From contig JAQSXK010000006.1 in NCBI GenBank assembly GCA_029256705.1, forward strand, positions 3,021 through 67,020: a stretch of 64,000 bases of DNA. Reading direction: 5' to 3'. The notes beneath the pieces are model-generated. The model saw only the letters and a program-made list of their open reading frames with translations, was not told where the DNA came from and ran no database searches. This document shows, in pieces, positions 12,503 through 23,244 of the stretch (position 1 is its first letter; each line of letters starts with the position of its first letter). This DNA is from Clostridia bacterium (GTDB lineage Bacteria; Bacillota; Clostridia; TANB77; CAG-465). Position numbers and translations under genes: made by a program.

Positions 12503-13621
12503 TTATTCTTGTCTTAATTTAACAGGTAGAACAATATATAAATAATCATTTCCTTGAAGTGGATAAATAACAGCTGGTGCAATATTAGATGTAAAATCAA
12601 TATATATTTCTTGATCTTCTAATACTTTTAGGGTTTCAATGAAATATCTAGGATTAAATCCTATTTCTATATCTTTTCCTTCTAAAACAGCAGGTATACT
12701 TTCTTTTGCATCTCCGGTTTGACTGATGCAACTTAAAGTTAAACCATCTAACGATATATTCATTTTAACTGGAGATTTTTTATCTCTATCTGAACTTTCT
12801 TTTGCAAATAAAGCAACTCTTTCAAAAGCATCTAATATTTTTTTTGTTTTTACTCTTATTCTTGTTTCTTTATCTGATGGTATTATACTATTATAATTTA
12901 AAAATTCACCATCAATTATTCTACTTATTATAACACTATTACCTACCTCAAATAATGCTTGATTTCTATTTGTTCCTATTTTTATTACTTCTTCATCATT
13001 ATCTGTTAATATTTTTAAAATTTCACTTAATACTCTTCCTGGTATTATAGCCTTAAAATTATTTATTTCAGTTTCATTTAAATATTTTTTAAGTGCTAAC
13101 CTAAATCCATCTAATGCTACTAATGTTAATATATTATCTTCTACTTTAAGTAATGCTCCTGTATATACAGGTCTATTTTCATCTGTACTTACTGCAAATA
13201 ATATTTTTCTTATCATATCTTTAAAAATTTTTTGTTTTATTTCTATATTATTATTTATAGTAAAAACAGGTAATTTAGGATATTCTAAAGGATCCATTAC
13301 AGCTAATTTAAATATACCATTTATAGATTTAATAACAAATAATTTATCATCTGCTTCTATTGTTATCTGTTCAGCTTCTAATCTTCTCATTATTTCGTTC
13401 AACATTTTAATATCTACAACAGTACTTCCTTCTTCTTGTACATTACATATCATAGTATGTGTGCATCCCATTTCAAGATCATTTGTTGTTAATTTAATTT
13501 GATTATTATATGCTTCAATTAGCACTCCTTCAAGTATAGGCATTGTTGTTTTAGATGATGCTGTTTTAAATACTACATTAAGTGCATTTATTAATTCATT
13601 AGTTTGACAATTAATTTTCAT
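12503..13621 (-). CDS. dnaN: DNA polymerase III beta sliding clamp
   Basis: 372 aa with typical three-domain clamp architecture. Positioned between dnaA and recF. Confidence 0.9.
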   Translation of the reverse strand: MKINCQTNELINALNVVFKTASSKTTMPILEGVLIEAYNNQIKLTTNDLEMGCTHTMICNVQEEGSTVVDIKMLNEIMRRLEAEQITIEADDKLFVIKSINGIFKLAVMDPLEYPKLPVFTINNNIEIKQKIFKDMIRKILFAVSTDENRPVYTGALLKVEDNILTLVALDGFRLALKKYLNETEINNFKAIIPGRVLSEILKILTDNDEEVIKIGTNRNQALFEVGNSVIISRIIDGEFLNYNSIIPSDKETRIRVKTKKILDAFERVALFAKESSDRDKKSPVKMNISLDGLTLSCISQTGDAKESIPAVLEGKDIEIGFNPRYFIETLKVLEDQEIYIDFTSNIAPAVIYPLQGNDYLYIVLPVKLRQE

Positions 13622-14003
13622 TTTGATTCCTCCATTTAATAAAAAATTATTATTTTTAATATTTATATTTATAAGTTTATCTTAAGTTAACCACATAATG
13701 AACATATGAAAAAATCCTAACATATATATTATATTATTATATAGTTTTAGTAGTAGTAGTAGTAGGTACTGTGGAAACTGTGGATAAGTATCTACAACCA
13801 TTACTACTAAAGAATTTATATCTGTGGATAAAACTGTGGAAAACATGTAAAGTTATTCACAGAACAAATGTTTAACTGTGGATAATTATAATAAAGTTAA
13901 TTTATCCACAAGTTATCCACACCTCTATCCACAGTAAATTGTGGATAACTTTTATTTTTGTAATATTTTTGAAACAAAAGTGAAATATTTGAAATAATGT
14001 CTA
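13622..14003. promoter_or_regulatory. oriC: oriC region in the dnaA-dnaN spacer. AT-rich DUE (13622-13747), (TAG)6 trio repeat (13748-13765), then at least seven DnaA boxes (13779-13948).
   Basis: Perfect TGTGGATAA / TTATCCACA 9-mers at 13779-87, 13823-31, 13877-85, 13902-10, 13913-21 and 13940-48. Degenerate boxes at 13854-62 and 13925-33. Confidence 0.9.
13748..13765 (+). repeat. TAG x6 trinucleotide repeat. Candidate DnaA-trio ssDNA-binding element.
   Basis: tagtagtagtagtagtag immediately followed by a GC-containing spacer (ggtact) and the first DnaA boxes. This matches the box - GC spacer - trio - DUE layout described for B. subtilis oriC. Confidence 0.7.
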
Positions 14004-15410
14004 TTATTCTTCTATAGATAGGGATTTTTTCAATTCTTCTATTACGTTTTTCGTTTCCATATTTTTGTCATATTCTTCTTTTATTTTTCCATATGCATGT
14101 AAAACTGTTGAATGATCTCTTCCACCAAAATCTCTACCAATTGCAGGAAAAGATAAATTTGCTATTTCTCTACATAAAAACATTGCTATTTGTCTTGGAT
14201 ATGTTACACTATTTGATCTTTTTTCACTGGTTAAATCAGTAACTTTTATATTAAAAAATTTTGCAACCACTTGCATAATAAGTTTACTTGTTAGTACTTT
14301 AGTATTTTTAACTAATATTGATTCAATAGTATTATCAACTATTGAATCTGTTAAATCACTATTTGTAAATGAAGAATATGCAACTAATTTATTGAATACA
14401 CCTTCTAATTCTCTAATATTTGATTTAACTTTACTAGCAATTTTTACTAGTACATCATCATTAATTATATATCTTTCATTTTGTGTTTTTTTTCTAAGAA
14501 TAGCTAATCTAGTTTCATAATCTGGTGTTTGTATATCAACAGATAATCCCATTTCAAATCTTGTTTTTAATCTTTCTTCTAGCATCATTATTTCTTTTGG
14601 TGGTTTTTCAGAAGTTAATACAATTTGTTTACCACTTTGAAATAAAGTGTTGAAAGTATGGAAAAATTCTTCTTGGCATTTGTCCTTCCCCGCTAAAAAT
14701 TGTACATCATCTATTAAAAGTAAATCAACATTTCTATATTTTTTTCTAAATTCTTCATTTTTATTTGTCATCAATGCAGTTACAAGTTCATTAGTAAATA
14801 ATTCCCCCGTTGCATAAACAATTCTCATTTCAGGTTTTGTTTTAATTAATTCATTCCCTATTGCTTGCATTAAATGAGTTTTTCCTAATCCTACTCCACC
14901 ATATATATAGAGAGGATTATATTTTTGACCAGGATTTTCTGATACTGCAGTTGCTGCTGCATGTGCAAATCTATTATTTGATCCTATAATATAATTATCA
15001 AAAGTATATTTTTGATTTAAATTTGAATTTAATTCTGTAATAAAACTTTTTGATGACATATTAATATTTTCATTTTCTTTTTCTTTTGTAAATTCAATTT
15101 CTAATGGTTCTTTTGTATCTTGTTCCAAATCTTTTTCATATTTATTATCTTCAGGAATTATTTCTTTTGATTCAAAAGTTATGATATAATCACGTTTAGT
15201 TAAAATTTGTAATGTATTTTGAATCAAATCTAAATATCTTTTTTTACAGATATCAATATGATAATTTGATGGAGCTAGTAAACATATAGTATGTTCATCT
15301 GCAATTCTTGGAATCATTACGTCAACATATGTTTTATAACCAACTGGAGATATTTCTTCTTTCAGTATTTCCAAGGCTTCAGACCATATACTCATAAAAT
15401 TACTTTGCAT
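14004..15410 (-). CDS. dnaA: Chromosomal replication initiator DnaA
   Basis: AAA+ Walker A GGVGLGKTHLMQAIGN, sensor motifs, C-terminal DNA-binding domain. Confidence 0.95.
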   Translation of the reverse strand: MQSNFMSIWSEALEILKEEISPVGYKTYVDVMIPRIADEHTICLLAPSNYHIDICKKRYLDLIQNTLQILTKRDYIITFESKEIIPEDNKYEKDLEQDTKEPLEIEFTKEKENENINMSSKSFITELNSNLNQKYTFDNYIIGSNNRFAHAAATAVSENPGQKYNPLYIYGGVGLGKTHLMQAIGNELIKTKPEMRIVYATGELFTNELVTALMTNKNEEFRKKYRNVDLLLIDDVQFLAGKDKCQEEFFHTFNTLFQSGKQIVLTSEKPPKEIMMLEERLKTRFEMGLSVDIQTPDYETRLAILRKKTQNERYIINDDVLVKIASKVKSNIRELEGVFNKLVAYSSFTNSDLTDSIVDNTIESILVKNTKVLTSKLIMQVVAKFFNIKVTDLTSEKRSNSVTYPRQIAMFLCREIANLSFPAIGRDFGGRDHSTVLHAYGKIKEEYDKNMETKNVIEELKKSLSIEE

Positions 15411-15439
15411 AAAACCACCTTTCTAAAACCAATGTTTTC

Positions 15440-15540
15440 ATAAAGTTATCCACAGAGTTATCAACAGGTGTGGATAACTTTTCGACAAATTAATACTAAC
15501 AAGACAATCATTTTACATAATTTCTGTGGACTATTGTGAA
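15440..15540. promoter_or_regulatory. Second DnaA-box cluster upstream of dnaA. Likely for autoregulation and an oriC arm.
   Basis: TTATCCACA 15446-54, TTATCAACA 15458-66, TGTGGATAA 15469-77, TGTGGACTA 15525-33. Confidence 0.8.
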
Positions 15541-15784
15541 ATTTGTGAAAAATCGATTTAAAATTTATACATATAATATATCACTAATTTACTGAAAATT
15601 CAAGTTATTTTAGTAATTTTAACAAAAATAATCAAAATATCTTTTTAATTTTTTATTTGTAGAAATATGGAAAATTATTATTATTTTTTTATATATAAAA
15701 TTATTAATATTTTTAATAAATCATATCTTAGTATTAAAAATGTTTTATTTTTTTATTAATCATGAGAAAAAATTATAAAAAAAT

Positions 15785-15813
15785 TTGACAAAATGAACAA
15801 AATAGTGTATAAT
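15785..15813 (+). promoter_or_regulatory. Sigma-A promoter of the rpmH-rnpA operon
   Basis: TTGACA, 17-nt spacer ending in TG, then TATAAT. Confidence 0.65.
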
Positions 15814-15925
15814 ATTTTCATTAATATTAAAATAGCATAATTTGTGTTAGCTTTAATATAGATTTTATATATTAAAGTTTTTTAAAAATGTGTAAAATAT
15901 ATTAGCGAATAGGGAGGTGCCAATA

Positions 15926-16060
15926 GTGAATACAACATTTAATCCAAAAAAAATACAAAGATCAAAAGTTCATGGCTTTAGACAAAGAATGAAAACAGCA
16001 GCAGGAAGAGCAGTATTAAAGAGAAGAAGAGCAAAAGGAAGAAAAGTACTATGTGCTTAA
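15926..16060 (+). CDS. rpmH: 50S ribosomal protein L34 (GTG start)
   Basis: Own translation: [56 protein letters not shown]. The gene is below the ORF-track length cutoff. Confidence 0.9.
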   Translation: MNTTFNPKKIQRSKVHGFRQRMKTAAGRAVLKRRRAKGRKVLCA

Positions 16061-16068
16061 AAATGTAA

Positions 16069-16461
16069 GTGGGTATGTTTTCATATCCACTTATTTGTAT
16101 TAATTGGGGTGAACAAGTGAAATATACAAGTAGTATAAAGAAAAAGGGTACTTTTAAATATCTTATTAGTAAAGGTAAATATTCCAGAGAAAAGTATATA
16201 GTTGTATATTTAACAAAAAATAATAAACCAAATAATGTACTAGGTATATGTGTTTCGAAGAAAAATGGAATAAGTGTACATAGAAATAAAATGAAAAGAT
16301 GGATAAGAGAAATATATAAAATAGAAGAGTCTAATTTACAAAAAGGTTTAAATTTAGTAGTTATGTATAAAAAGGACACTAAAATTGAAGATATTGATTA
16401 TAATACGATAAAAGAAGATATTATAAATTCTTTTAAAAAATTAGATATATATGAGATTTAA
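16069..16461 (+). CDS. rnpA: RNase P protein component. The true start is possibly the internal GTG near 16117.
   Basis: KGKYSREKYIVVYLTKNNKPNNVLGICVSKKNGISVHRNKMKRWIRE. Confidence 0.85.
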   Translation: MGMFSYPLICINWGEQVKYTSSIKKKGTFKYLISKGKYSREKYIVVYLTKNNKPNNVLGICVSKKNGISVHRNKMKRWIREIYKIEESNLQKGLNLVVMYKKDTKIEDIDYNTIKEDIINSFKKLDIYEI

Positions 16462-16705
16462 TATGATAAAATTAATAAAGAATATTGCATTCATACCGAG
16501 AAATATTGGAGTTCTTTTGATAAATTTTTATCAAAAATATATATCGAATTCTTTTGGGAAAAGATGCATTTTTTATCCAACTTGTTCTGAATACACAAAA
16601 CAGGCAGTTTTAAAATATGGACTTATAAAAGGTAGTATAATAGGATTTATTAGAATTTTAAAATGTAATCCATTTTCTAAAGGTGGAGTAGATCATTTGA
16701 AATAG
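16451..16705 (+). CDS. yidD: Membrane protein insertion efficiency factor YidD
   Basis: FYQKYISNSFGKRCIFYPTCSEYTKQAV... Confidence 0.9.
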   Translation: MRFNMIKLIKNIAFIPRNIGVLLINFYQKYISNSFGKRCIFYPTCSEYTKQAVLKYGLIKGSIIGFIRILKCNPFSKGGVDHLK

Positions 16706-16729
16706 TATTAAAATATAGGAGAAAAATTT

Positions 16730-17593
16730 ATGATAGAAATTATAGCAAATGTATTTGGTGCTATTATTAGGGTTATATATAATTTAACTCAAGATAATTA
16801 TGCACTATCTATAATACTTTTCACAATACTTACAAAAGCTTTATTATTTCCACTTTCATTAAAACAAATGAAATCAAGTATGGAAATGCAAAAGATAAAA
16901 CCAAAGTATGATGAAATAGTAAAAAAATATAAGAATGATAAATCAAAACAAGGTGAGGAGATAACTAAATTATATAGTGAACATAAAATTAATCCATTAG
17001 GAGGATGTTTACCACTTTTGATACAGTTACCACTTATACTTGGAATGTTTTATATAGTTAGACAACCTTTAACATATGTTGTCCAACTTCCACAAGAAGA
17101 AATTCAAATATACACTCAAAAATTACTAAATAAAGAAGAAGTAAACAGTGCTGAAATGAGTAATTCTGAAATAAAAATTGCAAATAGTAATAAATTGATT
17201 GATATGAATTTTGTAGGACTAAATTTAGGAGATGTACCTTCGGATATATTTTCTTCAGATGAATCAAAACGTGCAAATCCATATTCAATTCTAATACCAA
17301 TATTAAGTGTATTATTTTCTATTTATCAAATAAAACAAATGCAAAAAACAAATCAAATGACAGAAGAACAAAAAGAAATGCAAAAATCTATGAACTTTAT
17401 GATGCCTATGCTTTCAGGATTTATCGCTTTCACAATGCCACTTGCACTTGGTGTATATTGGTTAGTAGGCAGTATGTGTCAAATAGCTCAACAGTCTTTT
17501 ATATCTAAATTAATTAAAGAACAAAAAAATGAAGAAAATAGTTTTTTATTAGAATCAGATAAAGGGGGAAAAGGGAATGAAAAGAACAACTGA
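16730..17593 (+). CDS. yidC: Membrane protein insertase YidC/SpoIIIJ
   Basis: 287-aa Oxa1-family protein. Placed between yidD and jag. Confidence 0.9.
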   Translation: MIEIIANVFGAIIRVIYNLTQDNYALSIILFTILTKALLFPLSLKQMKSSMEMQKIKPKYDEIVKKYKNDKSKQGEEITKLYSEHKINPLGGCLPLLIQLPLILGMFYIVRQPLTYVVQLPQEEIQIYTQKLLNKEEVNSAEMSNSEIKIANSNKLIDMNFVGLNLGDVPSDIFSSDESKRANPYSILIPILSVLFSIYQIKQMQKTNQMTEEQKEMQKSMNFMMPMLSGFIAFTMPLALGVYWLVGSMCQIAQQSFISKLIKEQKNEENSFLLESDKGGKGNEKNN

Positions 17594-18236
17594 ACAAGTA
17601 GGTAAAACAATAGAAGAGGCAGTTAGAAAAGGGTTAGAAGAACTTAAAGTTGCAAGAGATGATGTTATTATTGATATATTAGAAGAACCTAAAGCAGGCG
17701 GTATATTAGGAATGCTTTCGCAAAAGTTAGCAAAAGTAAGATTAACTGTTGATAAGAAAATAACAGAAGATGTTCTTGTAGCAACACAAAAAAGAATAGA
17801 TAATATATTGAAAGATATTTTTAAAATAACTGGAGAAGATAATATAAAACATACTTGTACAGGGGATAGTAAACAAGTTATCGTTAAATTAGAACTTGAT
17901 AACCCTAAACATTTAATAGGATATAGAGGTAAAACAATAGAATCTTTACAATCTATACTTAATGCAATGTTGCAAAGAGAAGATGAAGAATACTCTAAAG
18001 TTTTCGTTGAAATAAACAATTATAAAAAAGAAAAAGAAGAAAAATTAAAGATATATGCTAATAAAATGGCAGATAATGTAGCTAAATTTAAAAAATCAAT
18101 AAAATTAGAGCCTATGTCGGCATATGAAAGAATGATAGTTCATCAAGAATTATCTTCTAGAGATGATGTAGTAACAGAAAGTTTTGGCGAAGAACCAAGA
18201 AGAATTTTAGTTATAAAGAAAAAATACAACAATTAG
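17577..18236 (+). CDS. jag: Jag/KhpB RNA-binding protein (KH and R3H domains)
   Basis: 219 aa with a C-terminal R3H motif. Conserved synteny after yidC. Confidence 0.85.
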   Translation: MKRTTEQVGKTIEEAVRKGLEELKVARDDVIIDILEEPKAGGILGMLSQKLAKVRLTVDKKITEDVLVATQKRIDNILKDIFKITGEDNIKHTCTGDSKQVIVKLELDNPKHLIGYRGKTIESLQSILNAMLQREDEEYSKVFVEINNYKKEKEEKLKIYANKMADNVAKFKKSIKLEPMSAYERMIVHQELSSRDDVVTESFGEEPRRILVIKKKYNN

Positions 18237-18300
18237 AAAATAAAAAAATAGTGAAAAATCAGCAGTTATGCTGGTTTTTTAACGGAAAGGTAAAAATGTT

Positions 18301-19671
18301 ATGTCAACAATAGCTGCAATAGGAACAGCGCTTGGATCAAGCGGAATAAATATAATAAGAATTAGTGGAGATAAAAGTAAAGATATAATTAAGAATATAT
18401 TTAATAATTATTCTAAATTATCACCTAATACTATAGTTTATGGAAAAATAATAGATAATGAAGTGTTTTTAGATAATGTTTTAGTATCTTATTTTAAATC
18501 TCCTAATTCATTTACAGGTGAAGATATATGTGAAATAAATTGTCATGGAGGATCATATATAACTAAACAAATATTAGAAACAGTGATAAAAAATGGAGCT
18601 GAAATGGCATCTCCGGGAGAGTTCTCTAAGAGAGCATTTTTAAATGGTAAAATGGATCTTTCTGAAGCGGAAAGTATAATAGATTTAATAAATGCTAAAA
18701 CAAAAATTGAGACCAAAATAGCTACTGAACAATTAAATGGACAATTATTTACTAAAATAGTTAAGTTAAGAGAAAAATTGGTTGAAATATTAGCACAAAT
18801 AGAGGTTAGTATAGATTATCCGGAATATGATTATGAAGAAGTAGAAAATAGTAATGTAATAAAATTACTTGATTTAGAAATATCTGAGATAAATAAGTTA
18901 TTAAACTCATATGAAGAGGGTAAATACATAAAGAATGGAATAAATGTAGCAATTTTAGGTAGACCAAACGTAGGTAAATCATCACTTTTAAATAACTTAG
19001 CTAAATATGAAAGAGCGATTGTTACAGATATAGCAGGTACGACTAGGGATGTTGTAGAAGAAACTATAAATATAGGAGATATTATTTTAAATATTTCAGA
19101 TACAGCGGGTATAAGAGAAACTGAAGATGTAATTGAAAAAATAGGTGTTTCAAAAAGTATAAAAAAAATAGATGAAGTGGATTTAGTTATATATGTTTTA
19201 AACATTGAAAACAAGCTTTCAATTGAAGACATTAATATGCTCTCTAAAATTCAAAATAAAGGAATAAAATACATACCTGTGATAAATAAGATGGATGAGT
19301 ATGAAAAAATGTTTTTTGATGCCTTTATGAGCGAATTAAATAAAAACAACATAACAACTACAATTAATATATCTGCTAAAGAAGATTTAGGAATTGATGA
19401 ATTAAAAAGTAAAATTATGTCCATGTTTTTTGATGATACTATAAATAATACAAATGAGATAATTATAGTAAATGAAAGACATAAGAAATTATTAGAAGAT
19501 TCAATTGAACATTTGAAAATTGCTAAAGAAGAAGTGGTTAAGTGTATGCCAGTAGACATAATATCTATAGAAATAAAGGAGAGTACTAGAAAATTAGGAG
19601 AAATAATTGGTACTGACGTTTCACAAGATATAATTAGTAAAATATTTGAAAAATTTTGTTTAGGAAAGTAG
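18301..19671 (+). CDS. mnmE: tRNA modification GTPase MnmE
   Basis: G-domain [20 protein letters not shown]-terminal CLGK. Confidence 0.95.
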   Translation: MSTIAAIGTALGSSGINIIRISGDKSKDIIKNIFNNYSKLSPNTIVYGKIIDNEVFLDNVLVSYFKSPNSFTGEDICEINCHGGSYITKQILETVIKNGAEMASPGEFSKRAFLNGKMDLSEAESIIDLINAKTKIETKIATEQLNGQLFTKIVKLREKLVEILAQIEVSIDYPEYDYEEVENSNVIKLLDLEISEINKLLNSYEEGKYIKNGINVAILGRPNVGKSSLLNNLAKYERAIVTDIAGTTRDVVEETINIGDIILNISDTAGIRETEDVIEKIGVSKSIKKIDEVDLVIYVLNIENKLSIEDINMLSKIQNKGIKYIPVINKMDEYEKMFFDAFMSELNKNNITTTINISAKEDLGIDELKSKIMSMFFDDTINNTNEIIIVNERHKKLLEDSIEHLKIAKEEVVKCMPVDIISIEIKESTRKLGEIIGTDVSQDIISKIFEKFCLGK

Positions 19672-21572
19672 GGTATAATATGGAATATAATGCAGAGGAA
19701 TACGATGTTATAATTGTAGGAGGGGGACATGCTGGATGTGAAGCAGCTTTAGCTTCAAGTAGATTAGGTAAAAAAACCGCTATGTTTATAATAAACATGG
19801 ATACATTAGCTAATATGCCATGTAATCCTAATATAGGTGGAACATCTAAAGGTCATTTAGTAAGAGAAATTGATGCTTTAGGTGGAGAAATGGGAAAGGT
19901 AGCAGATAAAACATTTATACAATCAAAAATGTTAAATATGTCAAAAGGTCCAGCTGTACATTCACTTAGAATGCAGTCAGACAGAATGAAATATCATATA
20001 GTAATGAAAGAAACTCTAGAAAATCAGAAAAATCTAGATATTTATCAAGCAGAAATTGTAGATATAATTGTTAATGAAAAAAAAGATAAAATCCTTGGAG
20101 TTAAAACAAAAACAGGAGCAATATACAATACAAAGGCTATTGTTGTCGCTACAGGAACATATTTAAAGGGAAAAATAATTATCGGAGAAATTTCATATGA
20201 AAGCGGACCTGATGGAGTTTTCCCGGCTAATGATTTGTCACAAAGTTTAATGAATATAGGTGTTCAATTAAGAAGATTTAAAACAGGAACTCCTTCAAGG
20301 ATTAATATAAATAAAATGGATTTATCTAAAATGGAAGTACAAAAAGGTGATAGTGAAATAAGTTTATTTTCATATGATAATGTTGACAATGAAAGTATGT
20401 TAAATAAAAAACAAGTTGATTGTTACCTCACTTATACAACTGAAAAGACACATAAACTAATATTAGATAATCTTCATAGATCGCCATTATATAGTGGTAA
20501 AATTGAAGGTGTTGGTCCAAGATATTGTCCTTCTATAGAAGATAAAATAGTTAGATTTAAAGATAAAGAAAGACATCAGATATTTGTGGAACCATTAGGC
20601 GAATATACATCTGAAATGTATATTCAAGGAATGTCAACATCGATGCCGGAAGATATACAAATAGCTATGTATAGAAGTATTCCTGGATTGGAAAATGCTA
20701 CTCTTATGAGATCTGCTTATGCTATCGAATATGATGCAATTGATTCTACTAATTTGAATTTAAATCTCGAATATAAGGGGATTCAAGGATTATTTTTTGC
20801 TGGTCAGGTAAATGGTAGTTCTGGTTATGAAGAAGCAGCTGCACAAGGTATTATGGCTGGTATTAACGCTAGTTTAAAAATAGATAATAAAGAAAGTTTC
20901 ATATTAGATAGATCGGAAGCATATATAGGAGTTTTAATAGATGATTTAGTTACAAAAGGAACTAATGAGCCATATAGAATGATGACATCTAGAGCTGAAT
21001 ATAGGCTTAACCTTAGACAAGACAATGCTGATATAAGGTTAAGAGAAAAAGGATATAATTTAGGATTGATTTCACAAGAAAAATATAATAAGTTTCTTAT
21101 TAAAAAAGAAATGATTGAATTAGAAACAGAAAGACTGAAGAAATTGAATATATATCCAACTGATGAAACTAATGATTTACTTAAAGAACTTGGTAGTAGT
21201 GAAATAACTACATGCCATAAAGCTAGTGATTTATTGAAGAGAAGTGAAATTTCATACAAGGATTTAATTAAATTAAATCCTGAAAAGAATATTTTAAGAA
21301 AAGAAATTACTGAACAAGTCGAAATACAATTAAAGTATGATGGGTACATTAAACTACAGTTAGAACAAATTGAAGAATTTAAAAAACTTGAAAATAAAAA
21401 GTTATCAAAAGATATTAATTATTCTGAAATAAAAGGTTTATCTCTAGAGGCAAGGCAAAAACTAGATAAGCAAAAACCTTTATCTGTTGGTCAAGCTTCA
21501 AGAATATCAGGTGTTTCACCAGCAGACATATCGGTACTTTTAATTTATTTAAATCAAAGTCAAAAAAGATAG
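19656..21572 (+). CDS. mnmG: tRNA uridine 5-carboxymethylaminomethyl modification enzyme MnmG (GidA)
   Basis: FAD motif [16 protein letters not shown]. 638 aa. Confidence 0.95.
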   Translation: MFRKVGYNMEYNAEEYDVIIVGGGHAGCEAALASSRLGKKTAMFIINMDTLANMPCNPNIGGTSKGHLVREIDALGGEMGKVADKTFIQSKMLNMSKGPAVHSLRMQSDRMKYHIVMKETLENQKNLDIYQAEIVDIIVNEKKDKILGVKTKTGAIYNTKAIVVATGTYLKGKIIIGEISYESGPDGVFPANDLSQSLMNIGVQLRRFKTGTPSRININKMDLSKMEVQKGDSEISLFSYDNVDNESMLNKKQVDCYLTYTTEKTHKLILDNLHRSPLYSGKIEGVGPRYCPSIEDKIVRFKDKERHQIFVEPLGEYTSEMYIQGMSTSMPEDIQIAMYRSIPGLENATLMRSAYAIEYDAIDSTNLNLNLEYKGIQGLFFAGQVNGSSGYEEAAAQGIMAGINASLKIDNKESFILDRSEAYIGVLIDDLVTKGTNEPYRMMTSRAEYRLNLRQDNADIRLREKGYNLGLISQEKYNKFLIKKEMIELETERLKKLNIYPTDETNDLLKELGSSEITTCHKASDLLKRSEISYKDLIKLNPEKNILRKEITEQVEIQLKYDGYIKLQLEQIEEFKKLENKKLSKDINYSEIKGLSLEARQKLDKQKPLSVGQASRISGVSPADISVLLIYLNQSQKR

Positions 21573-21584
21573 GGGAGTTTTCAT

Positions 21585-22334
21585 ATGAAAAATGAGGAAA
21601 ATAATTCATTTATAGAAAAGTTAAATAAAGAAGCAAAAAAATATGGTTTTGAGCTTAATAACAGTATTCTTAATAAACTTGAAATATATAAAGATATGTT
21701 AATAGAGTGGAATGAAAAAATGAATTTGACATCTATTACTGATGAATATCAAATGATTATAAAACATTTTATTGATTGTTTAGAATGTACGAAATATATA
21801 AATGAAGCTGAAAATATAATAGATGTTGGTACGGGCGCAGGGTTTCCAGGTATAGTTGTAGCAATATATTTTGAAAACAAAATAAATATTACATTATTAG
21901 ATGCTTTAAATAAAAGATTGATTTTTCTTGAGGAAGTTATAAAAAAGTTAGAATTAAAAAATATAAATATTGTTCATGGCAGAGCAGAAGATAAAGCAAA
22001 TGATATCATATACAGAGAAAAATATGATATAGTTCTAGCAAGAGCAGTAGCGCCATTAAATATACTTTTAGAATATACTTCTCCATATATTAAGTTAAAT
22101 GGTAAAGGTATATATATGAAAGGGGATAGTATTCAAGAAGAAATAAATAATTCAAAAAATGCATTTAAAATATTAAATGTTAAAGTATTAGATAAACATC
22201 AATATGACCTAGAACTTATAGAAAGTGATAAAAAAGAAATATTTAATAGAAGTATACTTGAGATAAAAAAGATTGATAGAACGCCAAAAAATTACCCAAG
22301 GAGTTATTCTAAAATAAAATCAATGCCACTATAA
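21585..22334 (+). CDS. rsmG: 16S rRNA m7G527 methyltransferase RsmG (GidB)
   Basis: SAM motif DVGTGAGFPGI. Confidence 0.9.
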   Translation: MKNEENNSFIEKLNKEAKKYGFELNNSILNKLEIYKDMLIEWNEKMNLTSITDEYQMIIKHFIDCLECTKYINEAENIIDVGTGAGFPGIVVAIYFENKINITLLDALNKRLIFLEEVIKKLELKNINIVHGRAEDKANDIIYREKYDIVLARAVAPLNILLEYTSPYIKLNGKGIYMKGDSIQEEINNSKNAFKILNVKVLDKHQYDLELIESDKKEIFNRSILEIKKIDRTPKNYPRSYSKIKSMPL

Positions 22335-22460
22335 TAAAACAAACGTTTGTAAAATAATTAATGAAAATAAATAAAAAAAAAGAGAAAATGATTGAAAAAA
22401 TAACAAATTTCATAATTTCTCTTTTTTTTTGACTTCAAATGTATTATAATATGTATTGAG

Positions 22461-23243
22461 GTGACAGTAATGGCAAAGGTTATATCAATTGCTAATCAGA
22501 AGGGTGGAGTTGGAAAAACTACTACGGCTGTAAATTTAAGTGCATGTATTGCAGAAAAAGGAAAAAAGGTATTACTTGTAGATATAGATCCGCAAGGAAA
22601 TGCGACTAGTGGTCTAGGTGTTGAGGCGCATCAGGACAAGTCAGTTTATAATGTACTTGTAGATAGTATATCTATGGAGGAGACAATTCAAGGAACTATG
22701 ATAAAAAAATTAGATGTATGTCCAGCAAATATTAATTTGGCTGGTGCAGAAATAGAATTAGTTTCAATGGTTTCAAGAGAGAATAGATTAAAAAAGGCAA
22801 TAGATGCAGTTAGAGAAAAATATGATTATGTTATAATAGATTGTCCACCATCATTAGGACTTATAACTTTAAATGCATTTACAGCTTCAGACAGTGTCCT
22901 TGTACCAATACAATGTGAGTATTATGCATTAGAAGGGTTAGGACAACTTATTAATACTATAAAATTAGTACAAATGCATCTAAATCAAGATTTAATAGTT
23001 GAAGGCGTCGTATTAACAATGTTTGACGCAAGAACTAATTTATCTAGTGAAGTAGCTATAGAAGTAGAAAAATATTTTGGTAATAAAGTTTTTCAAACAA
23101 TTATACCTAGAAATATAAGGTTAAGTGAAGCACCAAGTCATGGGCTTCCAATAACTTTATATGATAAAGATTCTAAAGGCGCAGAAACATATAAAAAGTT
23201 AGCAAAGGAGTTACTTACTCTTAATGAGAAGGGGGTAAAATAG
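22461..23243 (+). CDS. soj: ParA/Soj chromosome partitioning ATPase
   Basis: Deviant Walker A KGGVGKTTTAVNL. Confidence 0.9.
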   Translation: MTVMAKVISIANQKGGVGKTTTAVNLSACIAEKGKKVLLVDIDPQGNATSGLGVEAHQDKSVYNVLVDSISMEETIQGTMIKKLDVCPANINLAGAEIELVSMVSRENRLKKAIDAVREKYDYVIIDCPPSLGLITLNAFTASDSVLVPIQCEYYALEGLGQLINTIKLVQMHLNQDLIVEGVVLTMFDARTNLSSEVAIEVEKYFGNKVFQTIIPRNIRLSEAPSHGLPITLYDKDSKGAETYKKLAKELLTLNEKGVK

Positions 23244-23244
23244 T

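Noticed and set aside
13748-13765. Reading (TAG)6 as a random microsatellite or stop-codon run
   Set aside because: Its precise position between the DnaA-box array and the DUE, with a GC spacer, fits the DnaA-trio architecture. It is kept as a finding, but the microsatellite alternative is stated as what would refute it.
16069-16116. The N-terminal extension of rnpA (MGMFSYPLICINWGEQ) given in the ORF track
   Set aside because: It is probably a read-through of the rpmH-rnpA spacer. The conserved RnpA sequence begins near the internal GTG at about 16117. The feature is kept at the track coordinates, with a note.
22335-22460. Possible parS site or noc gene between rsmG and soj
   Set aside because: I could not find a TGTTNCACGTGAAACA-like palindrome by eye here or within spo0J. 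Only one ParA and one ParB paralog are present, so there is no noc.
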